A stretch of DNA of 64,000 nt from Escherichia coli (GCF_017348835.2 NZ_CP071375.1), one strand, 5' to 3'. Numbered from the stretch's first letter, positions 12,600 to 21,422 are shown. Program-made: numbers and translations. The notes: generated from the sequence alone by a model not told the origin.

Positions 12600-13607
12600 A
12601 TGAAGATAATCTGCAGATTATTATTGGCGATGGCATGTTTGTGTCTGGCAAACATATCCTGGGCTACTGTTTGTGCAAATAGTACTGGCGTAGCAGAAGA
12701 TGAACACTATGATCTCTCAAATGTCTTTAATAGCACCAATAACCAGCCAGGGCAGATTGTTGTTTTACCTGAAAAATCCGGCTGGGTAGGTGTATCAGCA
12801 ATTTGTCCACCCGGCACGCTGGTGAATTATACATACCGTAGTTATGTCACCAACTTTATTGTTCAGGAAACTATCGATAATTATAAATATATGCAATTAA
12901 ATGATTATCTATTAGGTGCGATGAGTCTGGTTGATAGCGTGATGGATATTCAATTCCCCCCGCAAAATTATATTCGTATGGGAACAGATCCTAACGTTTC
13001 GCAAAACCTTCCGTTCGGGGTGATGGATTCTCGTTTGATATTTCGTTTAAAGGTTATTCGGCCCTTTATTAACATGGTGGAGATCCCCAGACAGGTGATG
13101 TTTACCGTGTATGTGACATCAACGCCTTACGATCCGTTGGTTACACCTGTTTATACCATTAGTTTTGGTGGCCGGGTTGAAGTACCGCAAAACTGCGAAT
13201 TAAATGCCGGGCAGATTGTTGAATTTGATTTTGGTGATATCGGCGCATCGTTATTTAGTGCGGCAGGGCCGGGTAATCGGCCTGCTGGTGTCATGCCGCA
13301 AACCAAGAGCATTGCGGTCAAATGTACGAATGTTGCTGCGCAGGCTTATTTAACAATGCGTCTGGAAGCCAGTGCCGTTTCTGGTCAGGCGATGGTGTCG
13401 GACAATCAGGATTTAGGTTTTATTGTCGCCGATCAGAACGATACGCCGATCACGCCTAACGATCTCAATAGCGTTATTCCTTTCCGTCTGGATGCAGCTG
13501 CGGCAGCCAATGTCACACTTCGCGCCTGGACTATCAGTATTACCGGTCAAAAACCGACCGAAGGGCCGTTTAGCGCGCTGGGGTATTTACGCGTCGATTA
13601 TCAATGA
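12600..13607 (+). CDS. sfmH: fimbrial adhesin-like subunit
   Basis: 335-aa ORF after the usher; true start may be a few codons downstream. Confidence 0.8.
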   Translation: MKIICRLLLAMACLCLANISWATVCANSTGVAEDEHYDLSNVFNSTNNQPGQIVVLPEKSGWVGVSAICPPGTLVNYTYRSYVTNFIVQETIDNYKYMQLNDYLLGAMSLVDSVMDIQFPPQNYIRMGTDPNVSQNLPFGVMDSRLIFRLKVIRPFINMVEIPRQVMFTVYVTSTPYDPLVTPVYTISFGGRVEVPQNCELNAGQIVEFDFGDIGASLFSAAGPGNRPAGVMPQTKSIAVKCTNVAAQAYLTMRLEASAVSGQAMVSDNQDLGFIVADQNDTPITPNDLNSVIPFRLDAAAAANVTLRAWTISITGQKPTEGPFSALGYLRVDYQ

Positions 13608-13617
13608 GGTACGGAGA

Positions 13618-14133
13618 ATGAGAAGAGTATTCTTTAGCTGTTTCTGCGGGTTACTGTGGAGTTCCAGTGGATGGGCAGTTGACCCTTTAGGAACGATTAA
13701 TATCAATTTGCACGGTAACGTTGTTGATTTCTCCTGTACCGTAAACACAGCGGATATTGATAAGACGGTAGATTTAGGCAGATGGCCTACGACACAACTA
13801 CTGACCGCTGGTGATACCACGGCACTCGTCCCTTTTAGCCTGCGGCTGGAGGGATGTCCTCCGGGTTCAGTTGCGATTTTATTTACGGGAACGCCGGCAT
13901 CTGATGCCAACCTGCTGGCTCTGGATGATCCCGCAATGGCACAAACCGTCGCCATCGAATTACGTAATAGCGATCGCTCCCGGCTCGCACTGGGGGAGGC
14001 GAGCCCGACTGAGGAAGTAGATGCAAATGGCAATGTCACACTAAACTTTTTTGCCAATTATCGAGCGTTAGCCAGCGGTGTTCGGCCAGGTGTGGCGAAA
14101 GCGGATGCGATATTTATGATCAATTATAATTAA
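13618..14133 (+). CDS. sfmF: fimbrial minor subunit
   Basis: 171-aa product from ATG 13618 (MRRVFFSCFCGLLWSSSGWA signal peptide). Confidence 0.85.
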   Translation: MRRVFFSCFCGLLWSSSGWAVDPLGTININLHGNVVDFSCTVNTADIDKTVDLGRWPTTQLLTAGDTTALVPFSLRLEGCPPGSVAILFTGTPASDANLLALDDPAMAQTVAIELRNSDRSRLALGEASPTEEVDANGNVTLNFFANYRALASGVRPGVAKADAIFMINYN

Positions 14134-14135
14134 TA

Positions 14136-14768
14136 TTATATTAATTCGTATAATTTGGCGTAGTCGATAAGCTCTACAATTGAATGCAAACCTAGCTTGC
14201 CATAAATATTAGATTTATGCGCACTAACTGTTTTATTGCTAAGTAATAACTTATCGGCAATTTCTTTATTAGATAATCCGCTGACCAGATAACGTAATAT
14301 CGTCACTTCACGATTAGATAGCACAGTGATCGTTGAACTATTCGTACTACATTTATTGCTTTTTATATAGTTGAGCGTTTCGCTGGGAAAAAAAGTGTAT
14401 CCGGAGAGGATCATCTGAACGGCATGAAAAATATCATTCTGATCATTGCATTTACTGACAAAACCGTTAGCACCAGCTTGTATTGCTCTGCCAGCATAAA
14501 AGCATTCTGATTTCGATGATAAAAATAACACTTTCACTGTGCTCTGGATTTGTTTGATCCTTTTCAGGAAGGTAAAACCGTCTGTTCCGGGCAAGTCTAT
14601 ATCCATAATGATTAAATCAACAGGACGGGTTCGGAGATAATCGATGGTTATGCGGTAATCATCCGTTTTCAGGACAATCTGCAATTCACTGTTTTTTTGC
14701 AACAGAACTTCAATAGACATTCTGATGATAGGATGAGTGTCCATAATGATCACCGACGTTGGTTTCAT
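14136..14768 (-). CDS. fimZ: LuxR-family response regulator of fimbrial expression
   Basis: 210-aa product from internal ATG (MKPTSVIIMDTHP...); receiver domain plus C-terminal LuxR HTH. Confidence 0.9.
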   Translation of the reverse strand: MKPTSVIIMDTHPIIRMSIEVLLQKNSELQIVLKTDDYRITIDYLRTRPVDLIIMDIDLPGTDGFTFLKRIKQIQSTVKVLFLSSKSECFYAGRAIQAGANGFVSKCNDQNDIFHAVQMILSGYTFFPSETLNYIKSNKCSTNSSTITVLSNREVTILRYLVSGLSNKEIADKLLLSNKTVSAHKSNIYGKLGLHSIVELIDYAKLYELI

Positions 14769-14951
14769 AGTTACCAGTCTCATAGGAGCGGACAATTTTC
14801 CGTTAGGGCGGTAAATTGTACTTTGATACATGAAAATACGGGTTTTCTTGATTCAGACGCGCAGCGGTGTGCATTTGTTTGCCGCTTTAGCGAAATAAAT
14901 CAGAAAATCAGACGCGGTCGTTCACTTGTTCAGCAACCAGATCAAAAGCCA

Positions 14952-14979
14952 TTGACTCAGCAAGGGTTGACCGTATAAT
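14952..14979 (+). promoter_or_regulatory. probable sigma-70 promoter of argU
   Basis: TTGACT (14952-14957), 16-nt spacer, TATAAT (14974-14979), about 30 nt upstream of the tRNA. Confidence 0.45.
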
Positions 14980-15010
14980 TCACGCGATTACACCGCATTG
15001 CGGTATCAAC

Positions 15011-15087
15011 GCGCCCTTAGCTCAGTTGGATAGAGCAACGACCTTCTAAGTCGTGGGCCGCAGGTTCGAATCCTGCAGGGCGCGCCA
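15011..15087 (+). tRNA. argU: tRNA-Arg (anticodon UCU)
   Basis: 77-nt sequence gcgcccttagctcagttggatagagcaacgaccttctaagtcgtgggccgcaggttcgaatcctgcagggcgcgcca with TCT anticodon and GTTCGAATC T-loop. Confidence 0.95.
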
Positions 15088-15089
15088 TT
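15043..15089. repeat. attL core (3' part of argU)
   Basis: cttctaagtcgtgggccgcaggttcgaatcctgcagggcgcgcca(tt) is repeated exactly at 58302-58348. Confidence 0.8.
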
Positions 15090-15102
15090 ACAATTCAATC
15101 AG

Positions 15103-16265
15103 TTACGCCTTCTTTATATCCTCCATAATTCCACAGTGGGACATATTTGGGACATGATCACCAAAAATGTCGTCTATTTTCCTTGCATGCTCTGTCAAAT
15201 GATTAGGCGCAAGGTGAGCATACCTACGAACCATTTCTATGGACTCCCATCCGCCCATTTCCTGAAGCACAGATAATGGGACGCCTGACTGGATCAGCCA
15301 GCTTGCCCAGGTGTGTCTGAGGTCATGGAAACGGAAATCTTCAATTCCTGCACGACGACAAGCTGATAGCCATGATGTCTTGCTGTCGATGCGCATCTTC
15401 CTGACCGCAGGCGTTGATGTTCCATCTGCTCGCTTAGCCGCCTTGGTATGTACAAACACCCATTTGTGATGCTTGCCTATTTGATCACGCAACACTTTAC
15501 AGGCGGTATCGTTCAGCGCCACACCAATGGCGCGGTTTGATTTGCTCTCTTCTGGATTCACCCAGGCAACTCGTCGCTGCATGTCGATTTGTTGCCATTC
15601 CAGATTTATGATGTTCGACTTTCTCAGACCAGTTGCCAGCGCAAACTTGACGACAGATTTCAGTGGTTCGGGGCACTCATCAATAAGGCGTTTTGCTTCC
15701 TCCTTTTCCAGCCATCTGACTCGCTTGTTTCTGACCGCTGGTATCTTGATGACAGGCGCTTTTTCCAGCCACTTCCAGTCGCGTTCTGCAGCACGGAGAA
15801 TGGCCTTTATCATGGCAAGATGCTTTGCCTTTGTCTGAGTTGATACTGGCTTTGGTTCATAAACAGGCGGTTCTTTACCTTTCCTGATGGCGGCCTGAAC
15901 TTTCTGTTTCCATATTTCTTTCGTCTTTCTGTTATGCATTCTGCTTACAGCAGAGTAAATCTTTGCCTCCGAGATATCTTTAAGCCTTATACCCTCAAAA
16001 TGTTCAAGCCAGAACTCAATCCGGCTTTTATCTGAATCGAGAGATTTTTATCAGCTTTTTCCTCAAGCCATCTTAGGCAGGCCTCTTCAAAAGTGACATC
16101 AGGTAAATCCCCTAGCTTTTCTACTCGCCAGAGTTCTGCTTTTCGCTTGTCGTGCAACTCCTGAGCTTGCCGCTTGTCCTTTGTGCCAAGAGATTCCTTA
16201 ATTCGTTTCCCGCCCGGGAGCGAATACGAGGCATACCATATTTCATTTCTGCGGAAGAGTGACAT
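15103..16265 (-). pseudogene. int: tyrosine integrase disrupted by a 1-nt frameshift
   Basis: N-terminal ORF (16265 to 15987) and catalytic C-terminal ORF (15939 to 15103, with R..HxxR..Y motifs) are in different frames; C-terminal frame is open upstream to a TAA at 16048-16050; frames meet at T5 homopolymer 16045-16049. Confidence 0.8.
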
Positions 16266-16492
16266 TTTCTTTCCTCTGTTATGCCATCACCCGCGCTCAC
16301 CTGGACAGTATGCAGCGGAGACTGAAGCGCCGCAATGCAAGCTTGCCGTGTTGTGAGGTAAGGAGATTTTGGCTTGGTTGGATCTTTACGTGTTGCCTGT
16401 AGGCGGCCTGTTCGTATCCAGTTGGTGGCGGTTGGTCTGGATATCTTAAGAAACTGACAGGCCTCATCGAGTGTGAGGCTGTATGGCTCCAT
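16121..16492 (-). CDS. xis: excisionase-like HTH protein (AlpA/Xis family)
   Basis: Starts [31 protein letters not shown] (HTH); stop of upstream gene overlaps its ATG; 3' end overlaps the int start; true length uncertain. Confidence 0.5.
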
Positions 16493-16797
16493 TATTTCAC
16501 CTCTTGCTGTGTCATTGTTGAAAAATGGATACCAGCTCGTTGCTGCCAGACGATCCAACCGAGAGTCATATCCCATGCCATGTATTCGTTATCGCCGTTT
16601 TTTGCTCTCCGACGATCTACTAAGTCACCGAAACGCTTTTCCATGAATAATTCATAGGCTTCGCGTTCATCTGGCTCTACTTCCAGAGATACGAGTGCGA
16701 TTTCATAAGCACGGCGCTCAATATCGTCTCGAACCTCTAGGCTGCTGATTCGTTCTTTGATTTCTTTAATCAGTTCTTTATTGGTAAATGTGGTCAT
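16492..16797 (-). CDS. prophage protein, YfdT-like
   Basis: 101-aa ORF, translationally coupled in the leftward early operon; size and order match CPS-53 yfdT as recalled. Confidence 0.55.
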   Translation of the reverse strand: MTTFTNKELIKEIKERISSLEVRDDIERRAYEIALVSLEVEPDEREAYELFMEKRFGDLVDRRRAKNGDNEYMAWDMTLGWIVWQQRAGIHFSTMTQQEVK

Positions 16798-17159
16798 TAT
16801 GCTCCAGCCTCCGGTGCTTTTGGCATTACTGCCCAGTGAGTGATATTGACGTTTTCAAGGTCCCCGACCTGAAATGTCCACTGCCATTCTCCGGTTTCTT
16901 TTTGTCCCCAGTTGTACCAGAGAGAACGCCAGCCAATCAGCCAGCCTTCTCCATTAGCATCAAATAACAGAACACTTTCATTTGCTGGTGGCAGTTCAGC
17001 TGACACTGGTATTATTTTGTTTTCCAGTGCCGCACATTTAGCTTCAAGCGCGTCGAATTTACGTAACAGGTACTCAGCATTTGTTTCGTTCACTTTCAGA
17101 TCTCGCGGTACACATTTCCCGCGAAGAAACCCTTCCATTTCGAAAACATTCATGCGCAT
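16797..17159 (-). CDS. prophage protein, YfdS-like
   Basis: 120-aa ORF with Trp-rich C-terminus; ATGA overlap with neighbours. Confidence 0.55.
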   Translation of the reverse strand: MRMNVFEMEGFLRGKCVPRDLKVNETNAEYLLRKFDALEAKCAALENKIIPVSAELPPANESVLLFDANGEGWLIGWRSLWYNWGQKETGEWQWTFQVGDLENVNITHWAVMPKAPEAGA

Positions 17160-17686
17160 TTGCGTAACTCCGATAAATCGTTAAAACGTTCCATAAACAT
17201 CCCGTAGGCATGACCCGGTGCCAGTGGAATCACGTTGAACATCTCTGTTGCCGGGATGCCTTCCAGTACAGGCCAGAAAGAGCCATCATCAAGCCCGAGA
17301 TCGCGGCGTTCGGTTGCCAGCATGATGAGATCGGCATATTTCACGGGTGTACTCATAACTAGGGGTAACCCGTATTTCTCACGGATTACGGCGTCTATTT
17401 TTTCTTCCATTTGTTTATAGTCAGGAAGAAGGCGTTTCAGTGGTGCGGGAATGTCCTGGCAATACGCTTCTGTTGCATCATGCATTAACGCTTCAAAAGC
17501 AAATTCCTGCGGCACCAGCTGGCTGCAAAGAACCGCATGTTGGGCGACGCTGTAGAAGTGCGAAAGATGACCGGCAAAGCGACAGATATTTGAAAGGGAA
17601 ACCGCGATATCGTTAATATCGATGTCGTCTTTATTTATCTTGTCATAATAAAAATGCTTCCCGGAAAAAGTTTTAATAAATGACAT
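17150..17686 (-). CDS. HD-domain phosphohydrolase, YfdR-like 5'-deoxynucleotidase
   Basis: 178-aa product from ATG 17684-17686; HD-domain motifs (H..HD.E.Y..D). Confidence 0.7.
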   Translation of the reverse strand: MSFIKTFSGKHFYYDKINKDDIDINDIAVSLSNICRFAGHLSHFYSVAQHAVLCSQLVPQEFAFEALMHDATEAYCQDIPAPLKRLLPDYKQMEEKIDAVIREKYGLPLVMSTPVKYADLIMLATERRDLGLDDGSFWPVLEGIPATEMFNVIPLAPGHAYGMFMERFNDLSELRKCA

Positions 17687-17813
17687 TTTGTTCTCCACGT
17701 ATATGCACTGCACCGCGCTGAATTCTGGTAAAAGGAAGCCCTCACCATCCGGTGATTATTGAGTTAATTACGTTTCCATAAATGCCCCCGCAGGGGCATT
17801 TGCAGTAATGAAA

Positions 17814-18638
17814 TCAGGCGGTGAAAGTACCAATAAAGGTTTCTACTTTGCTGTCTTTGAATTTCTCAACAAGCAGATCACGAAATTCGTTAGCCATTTC
17901 TTCCTGCACCGCTTCCAGCTGAATAATGCGCAGAACCAGTACAGGACGATCGCCAGTGATAATGCTGAGGCGTAATTTAAACGGACGTTCTTTCAGGCCT
18001 TCAAACGGAACGCATTTAAATTCAAATGCCACTGGCATAATGTCTTTGGTCTTCGCTTCGACAGACTCCATCAGGGAGCGTTTGCCGCTGAAGTCATTAT
18101 CTTCAAAATCAGCGGTCTGGTTTGCTTCAATCGTGATTTTACGGACTGCCGCAGCCGCTTTTGTTGCCTGAATGGCGTCACCATTAGCATCAAAGCCCAC
18201 AAGGTAGTCGGCCCAGTCTTCGATCCATTCTGCCAGTGACTTCTGGGAGTTACGCTCGCCGTTAACAGACAACAGAGCAGAGAACGGTGCTGTCTTTTTC
18301 AGTTTGAGAGTGGCAGTGTTATCTGCGTGACCTGGCTCATCAATAGTACCCAGGTTAAGCACACTGACGGCACGCATATTATCGGCATCGATAAAGCAGC
18401 GGGTGCCTTCATCTGCAAGATCTTTAGAATAACGGGTAAAATCATCGATGCAGGCAGTGGAAAGTGCACCACGGAAACGGAAGCGATTTAAATTAAATTT
18501 TTCCAGATCATGAATGCGGAAATTCTCAGGCAATGCCACAGCATCGGCACCAATCTTACTGATAATTTCATTAACACCCTGAGCAGAAATAAGGGCATGG
18601 ATTTGATTAATTGCAGTTGCGTCTAAGTTCTGAGACAT
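17814..18638 (-). CDS. DUF2303-family prophage protein (YfdQ-like)
   Basis: 274-aa ORF; size and position match CPS-53 yfdQ as recalled. Confidence 0.6.
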   Translation of the reverse strand: MSQNLDATAINQIHALISAQGVNEIISKIGADAVALPENFRIHDLEKFNLNRFRFRGALSTACIDDFTRYSKDLADEGTRCFIDADNMRAVSVLNLGTIDEPGHADNTATLKLKKTAPFSALLSVNGERNSQKSLAEWIEDWADYLVGFDANGDAIQATKAAAAVRKITIEANQTADFEDNDFSGKRSLMESVEAKTKDIMPVAFEFKCVPFEGLKERPFKLRLSIITGDRPVLVLRIIQLEAVQEEMANEFRDLLVEKFKDSKVETFIGTFTA

Positions 18639-18703
18639 AATAAGTCCTCACTATATAAAGATATTCAGTGATGAGATAAATAATCAGTTTATTACGAACG
18701 ATA

Positions 18704-19066
18704 TTAACGACCTGCTGCGCGGAGTTTTCCGTCAGGTTCACCGGCAAGAGTCAGTAATTGTCCCTGGTCTTCCTGCAGAATAGTCAGGCGACCACCGCGA
18801 TTGACATACATCGGCGTTTCGGTGGTGTCTTCTTCGGAAATTTTCCCGCGGTTAGTCGGGCGAATATATGAGAGTTTGTGTTTGATTTTCACACGGTTCT
18901 CATCAAATGGTTCGATTTCCAGGTTGAGTGAGACCTTACCTTTGGTTTTCGTGTTCATCACACCGGAAGCGACTTCACTGAGAACTGCGCCGATTTTGGT
19001 TTCAAATACGCCGCCGTCCAGCTCCCCGATAAATGCCTGCACATCAGTACTGCGTTCGCTAGCCAT
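18704..19066 (-). CDS. prophage protein, YfdP-like
   Basis: 120-aa product from ATG 19064-19066 (MASERSTDVQAFIGELDGG...); first gene of the leftward operon. Confidence 0.55.
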   Translation of the reverse strand: MASERSTDVQAFIGELDGGVFETKIGAVLSEVASGVMNTKTKGKVSLNLEIEPFDENRVKIKHKLSYIRPTNRGKISEEDTTETPMYVNRGGRLTILQEDQGQLLTLAGEPDGKLRAAGR

Positions 19067-19114
19067 TTTGCTGCTCCTCATCATATCGACCCTGCAAGGC
19101 CGATTAGTTTCTCC

Positions 19115-19247
19115 ACAAAACAGAGAAGAACACCTGTGGTGGCCGCCGCCCGGATGGATTGGGTTATGAGCCCGTCGTCCGGTGATGCTCTTCTCTGTTT
19201 TGTAAAAAGGACGGTACCAGCCGGAAGCAAGGGTACAAGCTGGTACC
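19115..19247. promoter_or_regulatory. structured leader: 15-bp perfect inverted repeat plus leftward hairpin/U-tract
   Basis: acaaaacagagaaga (19115-19129) and its exact reverse complement (19189-19203) with 59-nt spacer; stem ggtaccagc/gctggtacc (19213-19247) followed on the minus strand by TTTTT (19204-19208). Confidence 0.4.
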
Positions 19248-19468
19248 GCCAGGACTACACACAGCATAAAGTTGTGGTGCCGGGTGCCCTCCCGGTGCCT
19301 GGCGAAGGTTGCACACCAGGCGGGTGGGTATCCACAGAAGGTCGACTGTCAGCCTCAACCTTAACCCGCGTGCGCTGAGCCGCATTCACCACAACGCTAA
19401 GGATTCTCTCTGGTTGAAAATACTTAGCTGTTATGTGCCTGCTTTTAGCCACATCAGGCGAGGTGGAC

Positions 19469-19522
19469 CTGGTTATTCCCCAACAACAAGGATTCGGTTA
19501 ATCTGGATATCCCCAACAACAA
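19469..19522 (+). repeat. two tandem ~20-nt direct repeats just upstream of the 19537 ORF
   Basis: ctggttattccccaacaacaa (19469-19489) and ctggatatccccaacaacaa (19503-19522), period about 33 nt. Confidence 0.6.
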
Positions 19523-19536
19523 TAAGAGTATTCAAT

Positions 19537-20052
19537 GTGATCGCTGAATTAACGGCAGCAATGACGGCTATTCGTGAAACAGCCCAGATTGCAAAACTAA
19601 TGAACGAGGCAAAAACTCAAGCTGAAGTAAATGCGGCTATTGGTGAGCTGAACTCAAAGCTTGCGTCTATTCAGCGCGAATGCGTGTCTCTCGTTGAACT
19701 GGTGGGCTCTTATCAAGAAATAAATGCTTCTCTCAAAGCTAAAATTGCAGAATTCGAAAACTTTGAGGCTCAGACGGAAGGCTATATCCTTAACCAACTT
19801 GAGTCGGGTACTTTTGTATACTCGAAGGAGGTAATCGTGAACGGTGGCAGCATAACCATGCATCTTTGCCCAAAATGTTTTGGACAAAAGATAGTATCGA
19901 TACTTCAACCATTCCCGGTTAGCGAAGATGAGCTTTTTCATAAAAGCAGGTGCCTCCACTGTGAAAATAAGTTTCTGATGAATAAAAATCCGGATTACGT
20001 ATCGCCTCCATCCATTGAGGAGTTGTCCAGAAAACTTAACGGCAATCTGTAG
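19537..20052 (+). CDS. hypothetical protein: N-terminal coiled-coil, C-terminal CxxC...CxxC zinc ribbon
   Basis: ORF frame open from 19309; plausible starts GTG 19537 or ATG 19561; heptad-like N-terminus (IAKLMNEAKTQAEVNAAIGELNSKLASIQREC), C-terminal HLCPKCFGQK...SRCLHCENKF; own hairpin terminator downstream. Confidence 0.6.
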   Translation: MIAELTAAMTAIRETAQIAKLMNEAKTQAEVNAAIGELNSKLASIQRECVSLVELVGSYQEINASLKAKIAEFENFEAQTEGYILNQLESGTFVYSKEVIVNGGSITMHLCPKCFGQKIVSILQPFPVSEDELFHKSRCLHCENKFLMNKNPDYVSPPSIEELSRKLNGNL

Positions 20053-20090
20053 ATTACTACTGTTGTGGATATCCAGATTGTTAAAGAGCT

Positions 20091-20114
20091 AAGCGTCCTG
20101 TAGGGCGCTTTTTT
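20091..20114 (+). terminator. rho-independent terminator of the 19537-20052 gene
   Basis: Stem aagcgtcc/gggcgctt with tgta loop, then T6. Confidence 0.6.
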
Positions 20115-20280
20115 GTTGCTAACGAATCATCCTGGACTTCATATGCCCCAGGCGGCTACTTCGTGGGCGTCCTGCCTGTTCGTTTTTGACATTTACTGAC
20201 TGCTTACGACACATGCACCGTGTTGCAACCAGATTTTGTTGTAATCCTGTAGTTGGTCTGGAACAAAAGATAAAATTAAA

Positions 20281-20317
20281 TTGCGAGATATGCAAGCGAT
20301 ATTTGCGAGGTATGCAA
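20281..20317. promoter_or_regulatory. OL-like operator pair with candidate leftward promoter
   Basis: 15-mers TTGCGAGATATGCAA (20281-20295) and TTGCGAGGTATGCAA (20303-20317) share TTGC-N7-GCAA with sites in the cI-cro intergenic region; minus strand carries TTGCAT / 17 nt / TATCTT. Confidence 0.5.
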
Positions 20318-20330
20318 ATTTATAGGTAGT

Positions 20331-20351
20331 AAAAAGCCACCTTTCGGTGGC
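20331..20351 (-). terminator. rho-independent terminator after the cI-like gene
   Basis: Hairpin gccacc-tttc-ggtggc (20336-20351) followed on the minus strand by TTTTT (20331-20335). Confidence 0.6.
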
Positions 20352-20371
20352 CGATGGATGGGATATTGAGG

Positions 20372-21064
20372 TTAATTATGTCTCTTAAGGGTTTGCGACT
20401 GACTGATTAAGACCTTTCCAAAGACCATGAATCGGTGTTCGTTTTCGCTAGTAATTCCCCATTCACGGTAAATCTGGTTATCAGAAATCACCAGCAGTTT
20501 GTCAGGAATCATTTGAAGTCTTTTAACGTATATTTTGTCATCAAAACCAAAGACATATATACCATCACCATCAAACTGATTGATGCTGACATCAACGAAG
20601 ATGAGATCTCCTGGCTCAATGGTTGGACACATACTGTCCCCACGAACGTTGATAACTTTGATGTGATTGGCTGGTCGTCCGCCGAACATTGATACAGCAT
20701 TATCAGTTCTGTATTCGATGGCATGAATCACATCAATGACATCACCGCCCTGGATAAGGCCATTTCCCGCACTGGCACTGATATCCAGCATTTCAATACG
20801 GAACACATCCTTCACCTGCGCAACATCCTCATTATTACTGTTTTTATATACAGTATTACTTTTGTGGGCAGAGGTAAAGAGATCAGCAATATCAACACCT
20901 AAGCTCTTGGCAATATTACTCAGTGTTTGTTCGGTAAATTGTTTTTGCTTACCCGTTTCTAAGCGCGAGATGTTCGCCGCATCTACTCCTATTGCTTCAG
21001 CGAGATCGGCGATTTTCATGTTCTTCGCTTGGCGAAGTTGTCTGACTCGGTTTCCTATGTTCAT
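20372..21064 (-). CDS. cI: CI-like phage repressor (HTH_XRE plus S24 LexA-like peptidase domain)
   Basis: 230-aa; N-terminal HTH (RVRQLRQAKNMKIADLAEAIGVDAANISRLETGK), C-terminal GDSM serine and VKR lysine; divergent from a cro-like gene. Confidence 0.85.
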   Translation of the reverse strand: MNIGNRVRQLRQAKNMKIADLAEAIGVDAANISRLETGKQKQFTEQTLSNIAKSLGVDIADLFTSAHKSNTVYKNSNNEDVAQVKDVFRIEMLDISASAGNGLIQGGDVIDVIHAIEYRTDNAVSMFGGRPANHIKVINVRGDSMCPTIEPGDLIFVDVSINQFDGDGIYVFGFDDKIYVKRLQMIPDKLLVISDNQIYREWGITSENEHRFMVFGKVLISQSQTLKRHN

Positions 21065-21161
21065 GCGTTTATTACATTTCTTTATTGCGTGATAAGCAAA
21101 TCAACTTGCGCAAAATAATTGCGTGAAATAACATGCATAACGCGCAATATTTGGAGGGCAT
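21065..21161. promoter_or_regulatory. OR-like operator/promoter region between cI and cro
   Basis: Repeated TTGCG/CGCAA half-sites; 15-mers TTGCGTGATAAGCAA (21085-21099) and ATGCATAACGCGCAA (21133-21147); RBS ggaggg before cro. Confidence 0.55.
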
Positions 21162-21422
21162 ATGCAATCACCATTACGAAATGTGCGTAAGGCGCATGGT
21201 TTCACTTTGCAGCATGTTGCTGCGGGTGTTCAAGTCAATCCAGCGACGTTGAGTCGTATTGAGAGGCTGGAGCAGATTCCATCTATCGAGCTTGCAGAAC
21301 GTTTAGCCAATTTTTTTAAGGGTGAAGTCAGCGAAATGCAGATTCTTTATCCGGCACGTTTTCAATCTAGCCAAAACCAGAATGGGTTTAAACCACAGGA
21401 ACAGGAGGTGAACCGTGGGTAA
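21162..21422 (+). CDS. cro: Cro-like HTH regulator
   Basis: 86-aa HTH_XRE protein (FTLQHVAAGVQVNPATLSRIER) divergent from cI. Confidence 0.75.
   Translation: MQSPLRNVRKAHGFTLQHVAAGVQVNPATLSRIERLEQIPSIELAERLANFFKGEVSEMQILYPARFQSSQNQNGFKPQEQEVNRG

Noticed and set aside
19100-19536. Retron msr/msd or type III toxin-antitoxin RNA array
   Set aside because: No reverse transcriptase gene is adjacent; only two repeat copies are present and the downstream protein does not resemble ToxN/AbiQ. Kept as an unexplained structured leader in the findings.
19654-19959. 101-aa minus-strand ORF considered as an N-like antiterminator downstream of the candidate pL
   Set aside because: No arginine-rich N-terminal motif; Phe/Leu/Lys/Arg-rich composition expected from the antisense of a Glu/Lys/Ala-rich coiled-coil gene.
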